DNA of 64,000 nucleotides from an uncultured archaeon (GTDB lineage: Archaea > Thermoproteota > Bathyarchaeia > 40CM-2-53-6 > CALIRQ01), in assembly GCA_938042195.1 (NCBI GenBank), contig CALIRQ010000009.1:1443-65442 (forward strand), written 5' to 3'. The stretch's first letter is position 1. Each line of letters begins with the position of its first letter. Positions 63,457 through 64,000 of this stretch are shown here, piece by piece. The position numbers were made by a program, and so were the translations under genes. The notes beneath the pieces were generated by a model, which saw only the letters and a program-made list of their open reading frames with translations, was not told the DNA's origin and made no database searches.

Positions 63457-64000
63457 ATGCCGGGTGGATCGATCGAGGAGGACGTCGTCGAGAAATTCCA
63501 AAAGCGATATGGCGGAGGGCCCTCCATAAGGCTGCGATCCTCGGGGGAAAGGGTCTTGAAGGTGGAGCTCCAGTTGGATCGACATCGTGAAATTGGTCAC
63601 CATTTCTTGGAAGAATTGGCCTCGGATTTGGAGGAGGCGACGGGCATACCTTACGCGGTTTGGGATTTCTGCGGCGCCATCGGCCCCGGAGCGATCCTCG
63701 TGGCAAAGCTCGTCCGGCTGGATTTCTTGAACGAATTGAAGGAAGCCATTGGGGAGGTCGGCGATCTCGTAAGGGGCCGAATGAAGGAATTCGAGAGGGT
63801 CGGGGGGAGCGAGGAAGGATTATTCGGGGAATTATGCTTTTGCATATTAACCGCGAATTTCTCGGCCGAGGGAGGGGTCAAGATCCAAGGGGCCATAGGG
63901 GACGGATTCCTTAGGCTGAGCGAGGGGGAGCTCTTCAAAAGGCTTAGGGAGTTGGGCCACAGGTATCCGAGGGCGAGGACCAAGTACATCGTGGAGGCCA
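63457..64000 (+). CDS. ogg: N-glycosylase/DNA lyase (archaeal Ogg2-type 8-oxoguanine glycosylase), 3' end cut by the window edge
   Basis: Hand translation MPGGSIEEDVVEKFQKRYGG...EEGLFGELCFCILTANFSAEGGVKIQGAI matches the Ogg2 LF.EL.FCILTAN.SA motif. No stop within the window. Confidence 0.65.
   Translation, partial: MPGGSIEEDVVEKFQKRYGGGPSIRLRSSGERVLKVELQLDRHREIGHHFLEELASDLEEATGIPYAVWDFCGAIGPGAILVAKLVRLDFLNELKEAIGEVGDLVRGRMKEFERVGGSEEGLFGELCFCILTANFSAEGGVKIQGAIGDGFLRLSEGELFKRLRELGHRYPRARTKYIVEA

Noticed and set aside
1-64000. CRISPR arrays, rRNA, transposases/integrases, prophage genes
   Set aside because: I saw no regularly spaced direct repeats, no rRNA-like conserved segments and no recombinase or transposase-like ORFs. 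The window appears to be core chromosome.

Overview
The window looks like a chromosomal segment of a high-GC (roughly 58-60%) archaeon, probably an anaerobe given the rubredoxin, flavodiiron and indolepyruvate:ferredoxin oxidoreductase genes. It is densely packed with housekeeping genes. Many genes use TTG or GTG starts and overlap their neighbours by a TTGA or ATGA junction.

Main content, in order:
- **Ribosome and RNA processing (1-5.4 kb):** an aIF6/L31e/L39e/PDCD5-like/S19e cluster, RNase P Rpp21, Gar1, TFB and Nep1. An opposite-strand cofE-like gene sits inside the ribosomal cluster.
- **Purine synthesis (5.4-16.5 kb):** purB on the minus strand, then purS-purQ-purL-purF-purF'-purD-purT-purE. 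The second purF paralog lacks the Cys1 nucleophile, and the two purF genes share a 70-nt identical nucleotide segment.
- **Small-gene stretch (17.3-22.8 kb):** a small membrane protein, a winged-helix (wHTH) regulator, a NucS-like nuclease-domain protein, Lrp, an AT-rich island with a palindromic promoter, an SSS transporter with a small partner ORF, and two small zinc-ribbon genes.
- **Mixed enzymes and TBP (22.8-30.3 kb):** aldolase, metallo-beta-lactamase (MBL) hydrolase, aminotransferase, nitroreductase, a TBP carrying an unusual N-terminal wHTH-like extension, an NfeD-stomatin pair and two cupins.
- **Phosphatases, house-cleaning and glycan genes (30.3-44.5 kb):** LMW-PTP, YjjX ITPase, metallophosphoesterase, IMPase, nitroreductase, macro domain, a glycan-modification cluster, a purine PRTase, KEOPS Cgi121 and YrdC/Sua5, ABCE1 and RpoK.
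- **Acyl-CoA and isoprenoid block (44.5-52.8 kb):** a split AtuA-like DUF4387/DUF1446 pair next to iorAB, the HMG-CoA synthase-thiolase-DUF35 mevalonate-entry operon and an ADP-forming acyl-CoA synthetase.
- **3' end (52.8-64.0 kb):** a GNAT, a wHTH-Mrr nuclease, MoaA, a surface glycoprotein with a MacB-type ABC system, a rubredoxin-FprA-ferritin-like oxidative-stress cluster and a truncated Ogg.

Several short genes absent from the ORF track were recovered by hand: L39e, aIF6, rubredoxin, small membrane ORFs and a CxxC zinc-ribbon protein. I found no rRNA, convincing tRNA, CRISPR array, integrase or transposase. I recognised no established novel system. The most unusual items are the Cys-less PurF paralog with its gene-conversion tract, the TBP N-terminal extension, the AtuA-like pair beside the mevalonate genes, and the ABC ATPase with an N-terminal 4-TM domain beside a large surface protein.
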